From positions 13,735 to 77,734 of the forward strand of contig JBDRCO010000033.1 of assembly GCA_043821645.1 (NCBI GenBank): a stretch of DNA of 64,000 bases, read 5' to 3'. Numbering within the stretch: position 1 is the stretch's first letter; the number at the start of each line of letters is the position of its first letter. Of the stretch, positions 51,571 to 61,710 are shown piece by piece. The translations under genes were made by a program, and so were the position numbers. A model generated the notes under the pieces. It was not told the origin of the DNA and ran no database searches. It saw only the letters and a program-made list of their open reading frames with translations. The stretch comes from Pseudomonadota bacterium. Its GTDB lineage: Bacteria; Myxococcota; JACRCW01; JAFGSX01.

Positions 51571-52014
51571 CTAGTGGTTGTGCAGCGGCATGAAGAAGAA
51601 CAGCACCGCAGCCATGATGGCCTGGTCGGAGCGCGCGCAGCCATCGAAACTGCCCCGCGACGAGCCTGACGCATTGCGCACCGTGCAGCCGTCCAGCCGG
51701 CCGATGCTGGAGCCCGAGCCATTGCGCAGCGTGCCGTCGCCGTCCACGCGGCCGATACTGGAGCCCGAGCTGTTGCGCACGGTGCCGTCGGGATCGATGC
51801 GGCCGATGCTGGAGCCCGAGCTGTCGCGTACCGTGCCGCCAGGCTCCACCCGCCCGATGCTGGAGCCCGAGCTATTGCGCACCGTGCCATCGGGGTCGAG
51901 CCTGCCGACGCTCGAACCCGAACCATTGCGGACGGTCATCGACGTGAATGCCTGCACCGGTGCCACCAGCACCAGAGGCAGGATGAGCGCAGGCAGCAAC
52001 CACACGTCTCGCAT
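51571..52014 (-). CDS. Secreted beta-repeat (beta-flower-like) protein
   Basis: Signal peptide plus 17-aa repeats DGTVRNSSGSSIGRV. Confidence 0.75.
   Translation of the reverse strand: MRDVWLLPALILPLVLVAPVQAFTSMTVRNGSGSSVGRLDPDGTVRNSSGSSIGRVEPGGTVRDSSGSSIGRIDPDGTVRNSSGSSIGRVDGDGTLRNGSGSSIGRLDGCTVRNASGSSRGSFDGCARSDQAIMAAVLFFFMPLHNH
51701..51937. repeat. Coding tandem repeat, 51-bp period, about 5 copies
   Basis: CCGA(T/C)RCT-GAG/ACCCGA units at 51701, 51752, 51803, 51854, 51905. Confidence 0.9.
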
Positions 52015-52015
52015 C

Positions 52016-52924
52016 TCAGTCTCCCTGTCTCCCGCTGTGCTGTAACCGGAGCAGGCCCCACTCGCCACGCTGCTCCCGCGACCGCTCGACGGCGCCGCAG
52101 GACAGGTAGCGGGAGGACACCGCGTCGAGCTGGTTGACGAGCAGTCCGGAGAGCAGCAACCAGCCGGCCGGCCTCACGCGGGCGGTGATGGCCTGGCACA
52201 GGTCGAGGAGCGGTTGCATGAGGATGTTGGCCACCACCACATCATAGCACCCCGGAACGTGGACCTCGGCGCTGTGGATGAGCTGGATGTCAGCGGCCAG
52301 GCCGTTGCGCTGGGCTGTTTCCCGCGCCACCTGCAGGGCCTCGGCGTCGTTATCGACCGCGACCACGGGACGCGCCCCGAGCCCCGCGGCGAACAGTGCC
52401 AGGATGCCCGTGCCACAGCCCACGTCGAGCACGCTGTGGCCTGGCTGTACCAGTTGCTCCAGAGCCTCGGCGCACAGTCGCGTGGTCTCGTGGGTGCCGG
52501 TGCCGAAGGCCATGCCCGGGTCCATCACCAGCACCACCTCTTCGGGAAGCGCTTCGTGCGACAGCCACGACGGAACCACGCGCAGCCGCTGGCCGATCTG
52601 CTGCACCTGCCACTGCGCCTTCCAGGTTGCGTTCCAGTCCCTGTCCTCGGCGTCCTGCCAACGGATCTCGAGACCGGCCTCGGGCCTGGCCCCGGCCAGG
52701 TGCTCACCCACGGCGGACACCACGCGTGCCTCGAGCCCCGCCGCCGGCGCGAAGCAGGCGCGCACCGTGGCGCGACAGGTCGTGACGACCTCGCGCCCCG
52801 GGACCGCCCGGGTCTGGTCATCCTCTATCCAGGCGCCCTGGGCGCCGAGTTCGACCAGCAGGGCGGCCACCTCCTCGCCGTGGGCGGCGTGGACCTCGAT
52901 GCAGATCTCGCGCTGGTACGCCAC
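52016..52924 (-). CDS. prmA: Ribosomal protein L11 methyltransferase
   Basis: DWNATWK, DPGMAFGTGTHETT, LDVGCGTGIL, VANIL. Confidence 0.93.
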   Translation of the reverse strand: MAYQREICIEVHAAHGEEVAALLVELGAQGAWIEDDQTRAVPGREVVTTCRATVRACFAPAAGLEARVVSAVGEHLAGARPEAGLEIRWQDAEDRDWNATWKAQWQVQQIGQRLRVVPSWLSHEALPEEVVLVMDPGMAFGTGTHETTRLCAEALEQLVQPGHSVLDVGCGTGILALFAAGLGARPVVAVDNDAEALQVARETAQRNGLAADIQLIHSAEVHVPGCYDVVVANILMQPLLDLCQAITARVRPAGWLLLSGLLVNQLDAVSSRYLSCGAVERSREQRGEWGLLRLQHSGRQGD

Positions 52925-53139
52925 CTGATCCTCCCTCCCCCGTCGAGGATTCACGCTAGCGCACTGCTGCACCTGAGGCGAAGCAGGATCGAGGGTCTGC
53001 CGCATGGATGTTTCCAGCATCCGGTGACACGATGGGAAGTCCGATGCTCCATGGGAGATTTCTCCTACCACGTGCGGTGTCACTCCAATGGCGGAGGATG
53101 CTGGCGGGCCTGGGTCGACCTGTGGTCAGCCGGATCCGG

Positions 53140-54711
53140 TCAAGGGCACTCCACGATCTCGACGTGTCCCGAACGCCTCGGATCGCCGGCCCCTTCGACG
53201 CGCCCATCGGCGTGACGCAGCGCCAGGTGCACGCCGCCGAAGAACATGCTGGGGCGCTCGAAGCACAGCACCTGATCGCCCGCAGCCAGCGCGTCAAGCC
53301 GGGTCACCGCCTCGGACAGGTCGAAGACCTCGGCGTTGACCACCCCGTCCTCGACGTGCAGGCGTCCCGCGTTCACGGCCTCAGCTGGCGACATCCCGAA
53401 GTCGATGAGGTTGAGCAGCACCTGGGCGATGGCCGTGCGGATGCGGTTGGCACCACCGGAGCCGAGTACCATCAGCCTGTCGCCAGCGATCACCCGGGTC
53501 GGGCACATGTTGGTCTGCAACCGCGTCCCGGCCTCGACCGTGAAAAAGCCGGCCGGGTGCAGGTCGTCCTCGCCCATGAAGTTGTTGAGCACGATGCCGG
53601 TGTCGCCCAGCATGTGCCCACAGCCCTCGCCGTAGGAGATGGTGACCGCGGCCGCGTTGCCCTGGGCGTCGATGACGCTGATGTGGGTGGTGTGGCCGGG
53701 CCCAGTCAGGTCCCGGGTCGAGGGCACCGCTGCGCCCGTGCGCAGGGCCTCGAAGTGTGCGCGCCAGGCCTCCAGTCCGTCGCCAGCCAGGGGATCGCGC
53801 CCCGCGGATTTGACCGCGCTGGCGGTGCGCTGCGCCGCGACCAGGGCCGCCAGGAAAGCGTCGCTCGCACGCCCCAGCGCGGGCAGGTCGATGGCCTCGA
53901 GCAGGGACAGCATGGTCAGCATCAGGGTGCCACCATGGGAGGGCCAGGCGTGGGTCGCGATGTCGACCCCACGGTAGCGCCCACGGCGGGGCTCGAGCAC
54001 GCGCACCTGGTAGTGGCGCAGGTCCTCGGCGGTGAGACCGCCGCCGGCCGCGACGCCAAAGTCCCGCAGCAGCAGGGGACCCAGCTCCTGCTCGACGAAG
54101 CGCGCGAGGCCCACCCTGGCCATGGCCTGCAAGGTGTCGGCGAGCGCAGGGTTGGCGAAGCGATCTCCCGCCTGCAGCTGGCGGCCGCCGGGCGCGTAGA
54201 TGGCGCGCGTGCCCTCGCTGCGCGTCAGGATGGGGTGCAGCAGGCCAAAGGTGGAGGCCTGAAAGGCATCGAGCACCACGCCCCGGCGCAGGGCGGTACA
54301 GGCAGGCTCGATGAGTTCCTCGACGGGGAGCCGGCCGAAGCGCTGGTGCGCGATCGCCAGACCCGGCAAGGTCCCGGGCACGGCAGCAGCAGCGCGCCCG
54401 ACGTGGAAGACCTGCTTCGCCCCGCCAAAATCCACGGTCACGGGCTCGAAGTCGCGCCCGCCGTCCTCCGCGCGCCCCAGGCCCGGTGCGTTGGAGAAGA
54501 AGTCGATGATGTGCGCCTGCCCGCTCGCCGCGTCGTGCACCAGCATCACGCCACCGCCGGCCAGGCTGGTGAGCACGGGCTCGTGGGCCGAGGTGGCCAG
54601 GCAGGCAGCGCAGGCCGCGTCGACCGCATTGCCGCCCCGGGCCAGGATCTCGGCCGCCACCCGCGCCGTCCCGGGCGAGCCAGCGGCCACCACGGCTTGT
54701 GCGTGCTTCAC
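53140..54711 (-). CDS. ggt: Gamma-glutamyltransferase
   Basis: GGNAVDAA, VPGT, HTTHISVID, LNNFMG, GDPRRSG. Confidence 0.9.
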   Translation of the reverse strand: MKHAQAVVAAGSPGTARVAAEILARGGNAVDAACAACLATSAHEPVLTSLAGGGVMLVHDAASGQAHIIDFFSNAPGLGRAEDGGRDFEPVTVDFGGAKQVFHVGRAAAAVPGTLPGLAIAHQRFGRLPVEELIEPACTALRRGVVLDAFQASTFGLLHPILTRSEGTRAIYAPGGRQLQAGDRFANPALADTLQAMARVGLARFVEQELGPLLLRDFGVAAGGGLTAEDLRHYQVRVLEPRRGRYRGVDIATHAWPSHGGTLMLTMLSLLEAIDLPALGRASDAFLAALVAAQRTASAVKSAGRDPLAGDGLEAWRAHFEALRTGAAVPSTRDLTGPGHTTHISVIDAQGNAAAVTISYGEGCGHMLGDTGIVLNNFMGEDDLHPAGFFTVEAGTRLQTNMCPTRVIAGDRLMVLGSGGANRIRTAIAQVLLNLIDFGMSPAEAVNAGRLHVEDGVVNAEVFDLSEAVTRLDALAAGDQVLCFERPSMFFGGVHLALRHADGRVEGAGDPRRSGHVEIVECP

Positions 54712-55829
54712 GCCGTCTCTCCGTCGACCCCCAGGCCAGACTCCTCGATGAGGTGCGCGATAACCGCCTGCAGGTCGCCCCGGCTCTCCCGGAACACCTT
54801 GCGCTGCCGGTCCGCCGACGTCCCCCGGTCCAGGATCTCGCGCACCCGCGCCACGTAGGATCGGGTCCCCAGCTCGTCCACCACGCCGTCCACAAAGAGA
54901 AGGAGATCGTCGACCCATTCGGTCGCGGTCTGCTCGCGCGCATTGTGAAAGTCCACCAACTTGCCCTGGATGCCGTGGCGCAGAGCTCGCCACTTGTTCT
55001 CGGCCACGTAGCCGCGATGACTGGTGCGCGGGGCGCGGCCACCCTGCACCTGCCGATCGATGGTGACGACGAGGGCCTGGATCAGTGCGCTCAGGGTGAC
55101 GCTGTCATCCACCCGGGTTGGGATGTCGCAGATGCGGAACTCCAGCGTCGGAAAGACCGCATGAGGTCGCAGGTCCCACCAGATGCGCGAGGCGTCATCG
55201 ATGCAGCCTGTCTGGACCAGGTTCGCGATCACCTCCTGGTACTCGGCGAGAGAATGAAAGGCCGGCGGCACGCCGGTTCGCGGCAGGCGCGCGAACACGG
55301 CACTGCGCATGGACATCAGCCCGGTGTCCCGGCCACACCAGAAGGGGGAGCTGCAGGACAGTGCCAGCAGGTGAGGCAGGTAAACGCGGGCGCCGTTCAT
55401 CACCTGCAACAGGCGCGCGGGATCGTCGATGGCGACGTGGACGTGCAGGCCCGATATGAGGTTGGCCCGGGCCACGTCCTGCAACTCGTCGAGAAGTCCC
55501 TGGTAACGCGGCAGGCCGGTGATGGCCACCTGCTTCCAGTCGGCGACAGGGTGACTCCCCGCCGACAGGATCTGCAAGCCCTGCCCGTGGCACCAGCCGT
55601 GCAGCACCCTGCGCGCTCTGAACAGGCGGGCCTCGACCTCGTGGACGTCCGCGCAAATGCCCGTGTCCACCTCGGCGGCACAGCAGTGCAGCTCGGGCTT
55701 GATCTGCACGCCCTCGATGGTGCAGTACGCTTTGCCGCTGGCGTCTGCTGCCGGCAGCGGGGCCAGCACCCCGCTTAAGGGATGCACGACTTTGTGTTCT
55801 TCCTCGACGCCGAGCGTGTAGTTCGGCAC
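54708..55829 (-). CDS. ybdK: Carboxylate-amine ligase (YbdK / glutamate-cysteine ligase 2 family)
   Basis: TLGVEEE, GLHVHV, SSPFW, WWDLRP, TLEFRICD, ENKWRALRHG. Confidence 0.9.
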   Translation of the reverse strand: MPNYTLGVEEEHKVVHPLSGVLAPLPAADASGKAYCTIEGVQIKPELHCCAAEVDTGICADVHEVEARLFRARRVLHGWCHGQGLQILSAGSHPVADWKQVAITGLPRYQGLLDELQDVARANLISGLHVHVAIDDPARLLQVMNGARVYLPHLLALSCSSPFWCGRDTGLMSMRSAVFARLPRTGVPPAFHSLAEYQEVIANLVQTGCIDDASRIWWDLRPHAVFPTLEFRICDIPTRVDDSVTLSALIQALVVTIDRQVQGGRAPRTSHRGYVAENKWRALRHGIQGKLVDFHNAREQTATEWVDDLLLFVDGVVDELGTRSYVARVREILDRGTSADRQRKVFRESRGDLQAVIAHLIEESGLGVDGETA

Positions 55830-55847
55830 CTCCCCCTCCTTGCCCGG

Positions 55848-57356
55848 CTAGGCCTGGGCTGCGCCGCGGCCGCGCCCGAACAGCCGGGTCAGCTCGCGCA
55901 GGCGCAGGCCCACGCTGTCCTCGAGGGCACCCTCGCGAAAGCGCCAGCTCCAGTTTCCTTGCTCCCGCGCAGGTGTGTTCATGCGCGCTGCGGAGCCCAG
56001 GCCGAGCAGGTCCTGCACCGGGGTGATCACGGTGTCGGCGACCGAGCGCAGGGCTGCCCGGATCAGATCCCAGGCGATGTCATTGCCATCGCAACCCAGG
56101 TAGCAGCGCACGTGGTGGCGCAGATCCTCGCCGGCCGCGTCGAACCAGCCGCAGGTGGTGTCGTTGTCGTGCGTCCCGGTGTAGGCCACGCAGCGACGCT
56201 GCAAGTTGTGCGGCAGGTACTCGTTGTCGGCGCCGCCACCGAAGGCGAAATGCAGCACGACCATGCCGGGAACGTCGATGTCGCGGCGCAGCTTCTTGAC
56301 CTCCGGGGTGATCAGGCCGAGGTCCTCGGCCACCAGAGGCAGCTCGCCGAGCTGGCGCTTGACCTCGTCGAAGAAGGCCTTGCCTGGGCCCGGGGCCCAG
56401 CGTCCGTGAACCGCACTCTCGGCCTCGGCGGGGATCTCCCAGTAGGCCTCGAAGCCCCGAAAATGATCGAGACGCACCAGATCGGTCAGCTGCAAGGCCT
56501 TGCGCAGACGCGCCACCCACCAGGCATAGTGATCGCGCGCCATCACCTCCCAGCGGTACAGGGGGTTGCCCCACAGCTGCCCCGTGGCGCTGAAGTAGTC
56601 CGGCGGCACCCCCGCCACCACGATCGGCTGGCCGTCGTCGTCGAGAAAGAACAGCTCGGGGTGGGCCCACACCTCGGCACTGTCGTGCGCCACGAAGATG
56701 GGAATGTCCCCCAGAATCCGCACCCCCCGCTCGTTCGCGTAGCTCTTGAGCGCCTGCCACTGGTGGTCAAACAAGAACTGCACCCACCGCTGCAAGGCCA
56801 TCTCGTCAGCGAGCGTGGTACTCCAGCGCTCCAGGGCTGCAGGCTCACGACGCACCAGTTCCCCGGGCCAGGCACTCCACGGCGCGCCGTCGTGCACCTG
56901 CTTGAGGGCGATGTACAGGGCAAAGTCGTCGAGCCAGGCCGCCTCGCGGGCACGGAAGGCCGCAAAGGCCTCGAGCTGTTCCGAGCGCACCAGGGCGGGC
57001 CAGCGCGTGTAGGCACGGCGCAACATGTCCCAGCGAAAGCGGCGCACCGCCTCGAAGTCGACCAGATGCTCTGGAAACACGGGGGCAGTGGCCAGGTCCT
57101 CGGAGGTCAGCAGACCATCGATGCACAACCACTCGAGGGAGACCAGCAAGGGGTTGCCTGCGAAGGCCGAGGTGCTCTGGTAGGGCGAGTCTCCGTAGCC
57201 TGTGGGTCCCAGGGGCAGGACCTGCCACAGGCGTTGCTCGCAGGAGCTCAGGAAGTCGACGAAGCGATAGGCCGCGTCTCCGAGGTCTCCGCTGCCGTGC
57301 ACGCCGGGCAGGCTGGTGGGATGGAGCAGCAGTCCACTGATGCGCTGTGGGATCAT
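55848..57356 (-). CDS. malQ: 4-alpha-glucanotransferase (amylomaltase, GH77)
   Basis: GLLLHPTSLP, WQVLPL, GVPPDYFS, RLDHFRG, AEDLG, YTGTHDN. Confidence 0.95.
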   Translation of the reverse strand: MIPQRISGLLLHPTSLPGVHGSGDLGDAAYRFVDFLSSCEQRLWQVLPLGPTGYGDSPYQSTSAFAGNPLLVSLEWLCIDGLLTSEDLATAPVFPEHLVDFEAVRRFRWDMLRRAYTRWPALVRSEQLEAFAAFRAREAAWLDDFALYIALKQVHDGAPWSAWPGELVRREPAALERWSTTLADEMALQRWVQFLFDHQWQALKSYANERGVRILGDIPIFVAHDSAEVWAHPELFFLDDDGQPIVVAGVPPDYFSATGQLWGNPLYRWEVMARDHYAWWVARLRKALQLTDLVRLDHFRGFEAYWEIPAEAESAVHGRWAPGPGKAFFDEVKRQLGELPLVAEDLGLITPEVKKLRRDIDVPGMVVLHFAFGGGADNEYLPHNLQRRCVAYTGTHDNDTTCGWFDAAGEDLRHHVRCYLGCDGNDIAWDLIRAALRSVADTVITPVQDLLGLGSAARMNTPAREQGNWSWRFREGALEDSVGLRLRELTRLFGRGRGAAQA

Positions 57357-57676
57357 GACGGGCACCTCGACGAGGGGGACGGCATCGCGCGACAGATCCA
57401 ATGCCCGGTGTCGGCGTGCGCCGCCACGACCGGAGCCGCAGCGTTGTAACGCGCCGAGTTCGGTACGGGTACCAAAAACACAGGGTCCACAGCGCTTCGC
57501 TGGCTGCCCGGACGCCGGTCCTGTGCTAGACCCTGGACCCGCCCGGGTGGTGCCGTCACGTGCGCGTTGAGTGGCGACGGGGATCACCCGGGTCGAGACA
57601 CCGGCGCATCGCCCTGCCGGTGTCCGGACAGACGGGGCCGAGCGCCCTCGACCTCGAACAGAGAGGAGCAGGCAGC

Positions 57677-59764
57677 ATGCTGCAGATCCTGATGCTGTTG
57701 GCGACAGTCCGCACTCTGGCCCCCGCCGAGGCCCCCCTGGCCGTGGTCCCCCCGGAGCCACCCGAAGACTTGCGCGCCCTCATCGACGGTGCGGGCAGCG
57801 CCAAGGACCAGGACGGCGCGGGCCTGGTGCTGGTCTTTGACCGCACCCGGGTCGAGGTCGAAGCCTCCGGTCTAGCGCACTACTACCGTCACCGTCTGTT
57901 CAAGGTCCTCGACGAAAAGGGAGCCACCGAGCTGGCCACCCTCCGCTTTGACTACGACCCCTCGTCCAACCTGGTCGAGGTGAAGCGTGCGCGGGTCCAC
58001 CGTGGCCCCGCTGACGACGGCACCCTGCCCAAGCCCGAGGACCTGGGCGAGGATCGCCTGACCGACCTGCCCCAACCCCAGCACATGATTTACTGGGGCC
58101 CGCGCATGAAGCTGCTCAGCGTGCCGCGCCTGCACCCCGGAGACGCCCTCGAGGTGGAGACCTACACCAAGGGTTTCATCATCGCCTATCTCGACGGGGC
58201 GACCGGCGCCTCCGCCTCGGGCAGCACCACCGAGGGTGACGACAGCAAGTACATCCCGCCCATGCGCGGCCACTTCTACGACGTGGTGCTGTTCGGCGAC
58301 GCGGCCGTGCCCACCCTCGAGCGGCGCTACCAGGTCACCCTGCCCCGGGACAGACCCCTGCAGTTCGAGGTCTTCAATGGCGAGGTGGCCTCGCGCATGG
58401 CCTTCGACAAGCAGCGGACCACCTACACGTTCTGGAAGAAGAAACTGCCCGCCCACACCCCCGAGGCCAAGGCCGCCGACGCCAGCGACTACCTGCCCAA
58501 GGTGGTGATGGCCACGGTGCCCAGCTGGGAGGCCAAGAGCCGCTGGTTCTTCGAGGTCAACGAGAGCCAGTTCGAGGCCAACGACGCCATTCGCCAGAAG
58601 GTGGCCGAGATCACCCGCGGCGCCCGCAGCGAGGAGGACAAGATAGACGCCATCCTGCACTGGACCGCCCAGGAGATCCGCTACAGCGGCATCAGCATGG
58701 GCCAGGGCGAGGGCTACACCCTGCACTCCGGCGCCATGACCTTCAACGACAGGGCGGGCGTGTGCAAGGACATCGCCGGTATGTCCATCACCATGTTGCG
58801 CGCCGCGGGCTTCACCTCGTACCCGGCCATGACCATGGCTGGCGCCCGGGTCGAGCAGGTCCCGGCCGACCAGTTCAACCACTGCGTGGTGGCGGTGCAG
58901 CGTCCCGAGGGCTTTCGCATGATCGACCCCACCTGGGCGCCCTTCTCGTCCGAACTGTGGTCGAGCGCCGAGCGCGAGCAGCACTACGTCATCGGCACGC
59001 CCCAGGGCCTGACGCTGATGCAGACGCCCTACCTGCCGCCGGAGCACAACCACCTGACCATCACCGCGCGCTCGCGCCTGGATCTGAAGGGTGACCTGGT
59101 CAGCGAGGTCACCATAGGCGCCACCGGCTATGTCGAAGACAGGATGCGTCGCCTGCTCGCCTACCGCTCGGTGCTGGAGCTGCACGCGGCGGTGAGCGAG
59201 TCCCTGGTGCGGGTGTCGCCCCTGGCCGAGCTCGAGGACCTGCGCTTCAGCGACCACCGCGACCTCAAAACCCCCCTCGTCGTCACCCTGCGCTACCGGG
59301 TGCCACGCTACGCCCACGTCGGCGATCGCGTGCTGGGCAGCGGCCTGCCCCTGTCGCGCCATATTCTGGCCAACGGCTCCCTCGCCGACTGGCTGTTCGC
59401 GACGACGACTCCCTCGCGCCAGGCCGCCATCTGGCTACGCAGCCCCCAGCAGCTCAGCTTTCACGAGACCCTGGAGCTGCCCGCGGGCTTTGTCCTGCGC
59501 GGCGTGCCCCTCGACCACCGGACGACCAGCGACCTGGGAAACGTGCGCGCCACCCTGGTGCAGGAGCGCGATGAGTTGCGCTTCGACGAGGAGATCCGCA
59601 TCCTGCAGCGCAACATCGCACCCAAGGACTACACCGCGCTCAAGACTGTGGCCGACGCCGTGCGCAGCGTCGGCGAGACCCGCATCTACCTCGAGCGGCC
59701 TTCGCGCGAGGAGACCGCCAGCACCCCGCGGTCGCGTCGTACCAGGAAGGGAGGTGGGCGATGA
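57677..59764 (+). CDS. DUF3857 + transglutaminase-like domain protein (intact Cys-His-Asp)
   Basis: IRY, GVCKD, FNHCVV, IDPT. Confidence 0.85.
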   Translation: MLQILMLLATVRTLAPAEAPLAVVPPEPPEDLRALIDGAGSAKDQDGAGLVLVFDRTRVEVEASGLAHYYRHRLFKVLDEKGATELATLRFDYDPSSNLVEVKRARVHRGPADDGTLPKPEDLGEDRLTDLPQPQHMIYWGPRMKLLSVPRLHPGDALEVETYTKGFIIAYLDGATGASASGSTTEGDDSKYIPPMRGHFYDVVLFGDAAVPTLERRYQVTLPRDRPLQFEVFNGEVASRMAFDKQRTTYTFWKKKLPAHTPEAKAADASDYLPKVVMATVPSWEAKSRWFFEVNESQFEANDAIRQKVAEITRGARSEEDKIDAILHWTAQEIRYSGISMGQGEGYTLHSGAMTFNDRAGVCKDIAGMSITMLRAAGFTSYPAMTMAGARVEQVPADQFNHCVVAVQRPEGFRMIDPTWAPFSSELWSSAEREQHYVIGTPQGLTLMQTPYLPPEHNHLTITARSRLDLKGDLVSEVTIGATGYVEDRMRRLLAYRSVLELHAAVSESLVRVSPLAELEDLRFSDHRDLKTPLVVTLRYRVPRYAHVGDRVLGSGLPLSRHILANGSLADWLFATTTPSRQAAIWLRSPQQLSFHETLELPAGFVLRGVPLDHRTTSDLGNVRATLVQERDELRFDEEIRILQRNIAPKDYTALKTVADAVRSVGETRIYLERPSREETASTPRSRRTRKGGGR

Positions 59765-61704
59765 CGGGCTCGCGCGTGCTCTGGCTACCCCTCGCCGGCG
59801 CCTTGATCCTGAGCTGCTGTGCCTCGTCGTCGCAGCGCCTGCGCACCCGCACCACCGACGAGCCTGGCGACGCCGTCGCCGTCGAGGTGGTGCACCATTT
59901 CAGCCTCGAGCACGACGGCACTTTCCGCCACCGCGTCCTCGAGCGCACCCGCCTGGTCACCGAGCACGCCATCGACGAGCTCGGCGATCCTCGCATCGCG
60001 CACCGGGCCGGGCGCGAGACCTTGCAGGTGGTGCGCGCCGAGACCAGCATGCGCGACGGTACGATCGTCGCCATCCAGCCCAACTCCATCACCGAGACCG
60101 TGCCCGACGCCCTCGGCCTGGCCCCGGCCTACACCGACCTGCGCGAGACTGTGGTGACCCTGGTGGGGCTGGAGACAGGCTGCACGACCCTGCTCGAGCA
60201 CGAGCGCGCGGCACGCGGCCACAAGGGTCCGGTCTGGGCCGAGGTGCCCCTGGCCACCTGGTACCCCACGGAGAAGCTCTCAGTGCAGGTCGCGGTGCCG
60301 GAGGACTACCCCTTGCGCTGGAGCTGCCTGGGTTGCCGCGTGCAACCCGTCGAGGAAAAGACGGCCCAGGGCTCGAGCCTGCGCTTCGACTTCACCCAGG
60401 TGGCGCCGCTCAACCTCGACGAGGTCGGGCGCGAGCACCTGCCCGTGCCCGGACAGCCGCGCCTGGTTTTCTCGACGGCCGCCTCGTGGCGCGTCCTCAT
60501 CGACGCCCTGCGCGCAGACCTCGACAGGGCGAGCACCGTCGATACCACCGTGCAGCAGCGCGCTCGGGACCTCACCGAACACGCCCTGCGGCCCCAGGAA
60601 CGCGCTCTGGCCTTGCAGCGCTTCGTCGCCAGCGACCTCGCCACCGTGCACTGGCCCCAGGACGCCCTGGGCTGGACCCCGCGGTCCGCGGCGCAGGTGC
60701 TGGACAGCTCCTACGGCCACGCCCTGGACAAGGCTGTGCTGCTCGCGGCCCTGCTGCTAGCCGTCGATATTCCGGCCACGCCGGTGCTCATCTCCCGCGA
60801 TGGTCTGGTCGATCCCAAGGTGCCGGCGCTGGCGCCCTTCGACGAGCTGTGGCTGGTGGTCGAGCTCGACGGGCAGCCGCTGTGGCTGTCACCCCTGCAG
60901 GTGCATGGCACGCACGGGCTGGCGTGGATCGAGGGACGCTGGGCCCTGCCCCTGCTCGCGGGACGTCCGGACAAGCTGCCCGTGCTCATCGCGCGAAGCC
61001 CGCTGGCGCTGGGCCAGCCCCTGCACCTGGCCCTCGGCGACGAGGCCGTGCAGCAACACCAGACACAGCTCAGTGCGGCCATCACCCTGGGTGACGACGG
61101 CACGATGCAGCTGGATGTGGATCAGCGCCTGACCGGCGCCTATGGCGCGTCCCACGAGGTGAATCCGGACAAGGGTGGCCAGGCCCTGGCCGCGACCCTG
61201 GTTCAGGATCTGGGCCTGCCCAAGGGCGTGACCGCGACCGAAGGCCAGCCGCCCCGCCTGGTCGAGCTGTCGCCGGCGCAGACCCGCGTCACCGCCACGC
61301 TGGCGGGTCAGGCCGCCGGCGTCGCCGCGATCCTCGAGCTGCCCCTGCCGCGCCCCGCGCGCAGCCAGCTCGCTGGCCTCGATCTGCACCGCCTGCACCG
61401 CGACCTGCCCTTTGAGCTGGCCCACCGCGGTATCGAGCGCAGCGTGATCGAGATCCAGCTCCCTGACGGCGTGGAGCTGCGCTCCAAGCTGCTCGAAGGC
61501 GAGCTGCGCAACAGTGTGGGCTCGGTGATCACGCGCCACGAGCATCACAAGGGGCGGCTGGTGCTCACCCGCGAGCTGGTGCTCACCCAGCGCCTGATCG
61601 CTGCGGACAAGTGGCCCGAGCTGCGCGCCCTGGCCCACGAGCTGCTGCGCGCCGACGCCCAGACCCTGCTATTCGTGAAGAAGCTCGACGACGACGCGCC
61701 CTGA
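59761..61704 (+). CDS. DUF3857-like lipoprotein with degenerate transglutaminase domain
   Basis: Same architecture as its neighbour; YGHALDKA, FDELWL, WLSP at the triad positions. Confidence 0.75.
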   Translation: MTGSRVLWLPLAGALILSCCASSSQRLRTRTTDEPGDAVAVEVVHHFSLEHDGTFRHRVLERTRLVTEHAIDELGDPRIAHRAGRETLQVVRAETSMRDGTIVAIQPNSITETVPDALGLAPAYTDLRETVVTLVGLETGCTTLLEHERAARGHKGPVWAEVPLATWYPTEKLSVQVAVPEDYPLRWSCLGCRVQPVEEKTAQGSSLRFDFTQVAPLNLDEVGREHLPVPGQPRLVFSTAASWRVLIDALRADLDRASTVDTTVQQRARDLTEHALRPQERALALQRFVASDLATVHWPQDALGWTPRSAAQVLDSSYGHALDKAVLLAALLLAVDIPATPVLISRDGLVDPKVPALAPFDELWLVVELDGQPLWLSPLQVHGTHGLAWIEGRWALPLLAGRPDKLPVLIARSPLALGQPLHLALGDEAVQQHQTQLSAAITLGDDGTMQLDVDQRLTGAYGASHEVNPDKGGQALAATLVQDLGLPKGVTATEGQPPRLVELSPAQTRVTATLAGQAAGVAAILELPLPRPARSQLAGLDLHRLHRDLPFELAHRGIERSVIEIQLPDGVELRSKLLEGELRNSVGSVITRHEHHKGRLVLTRELVLTQRLIAADKWPELRALAHELLRADAQTLLFVKKLDDDAP

Positions 61705-61710
61705 GCGGGC

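Noticed and set aside
51650-51940. CRISPR array
   Set aside because: The 51-bp units are similar along their whole length with third-position variation, encode a protein repeat, and have no unique spacers or cas genes.
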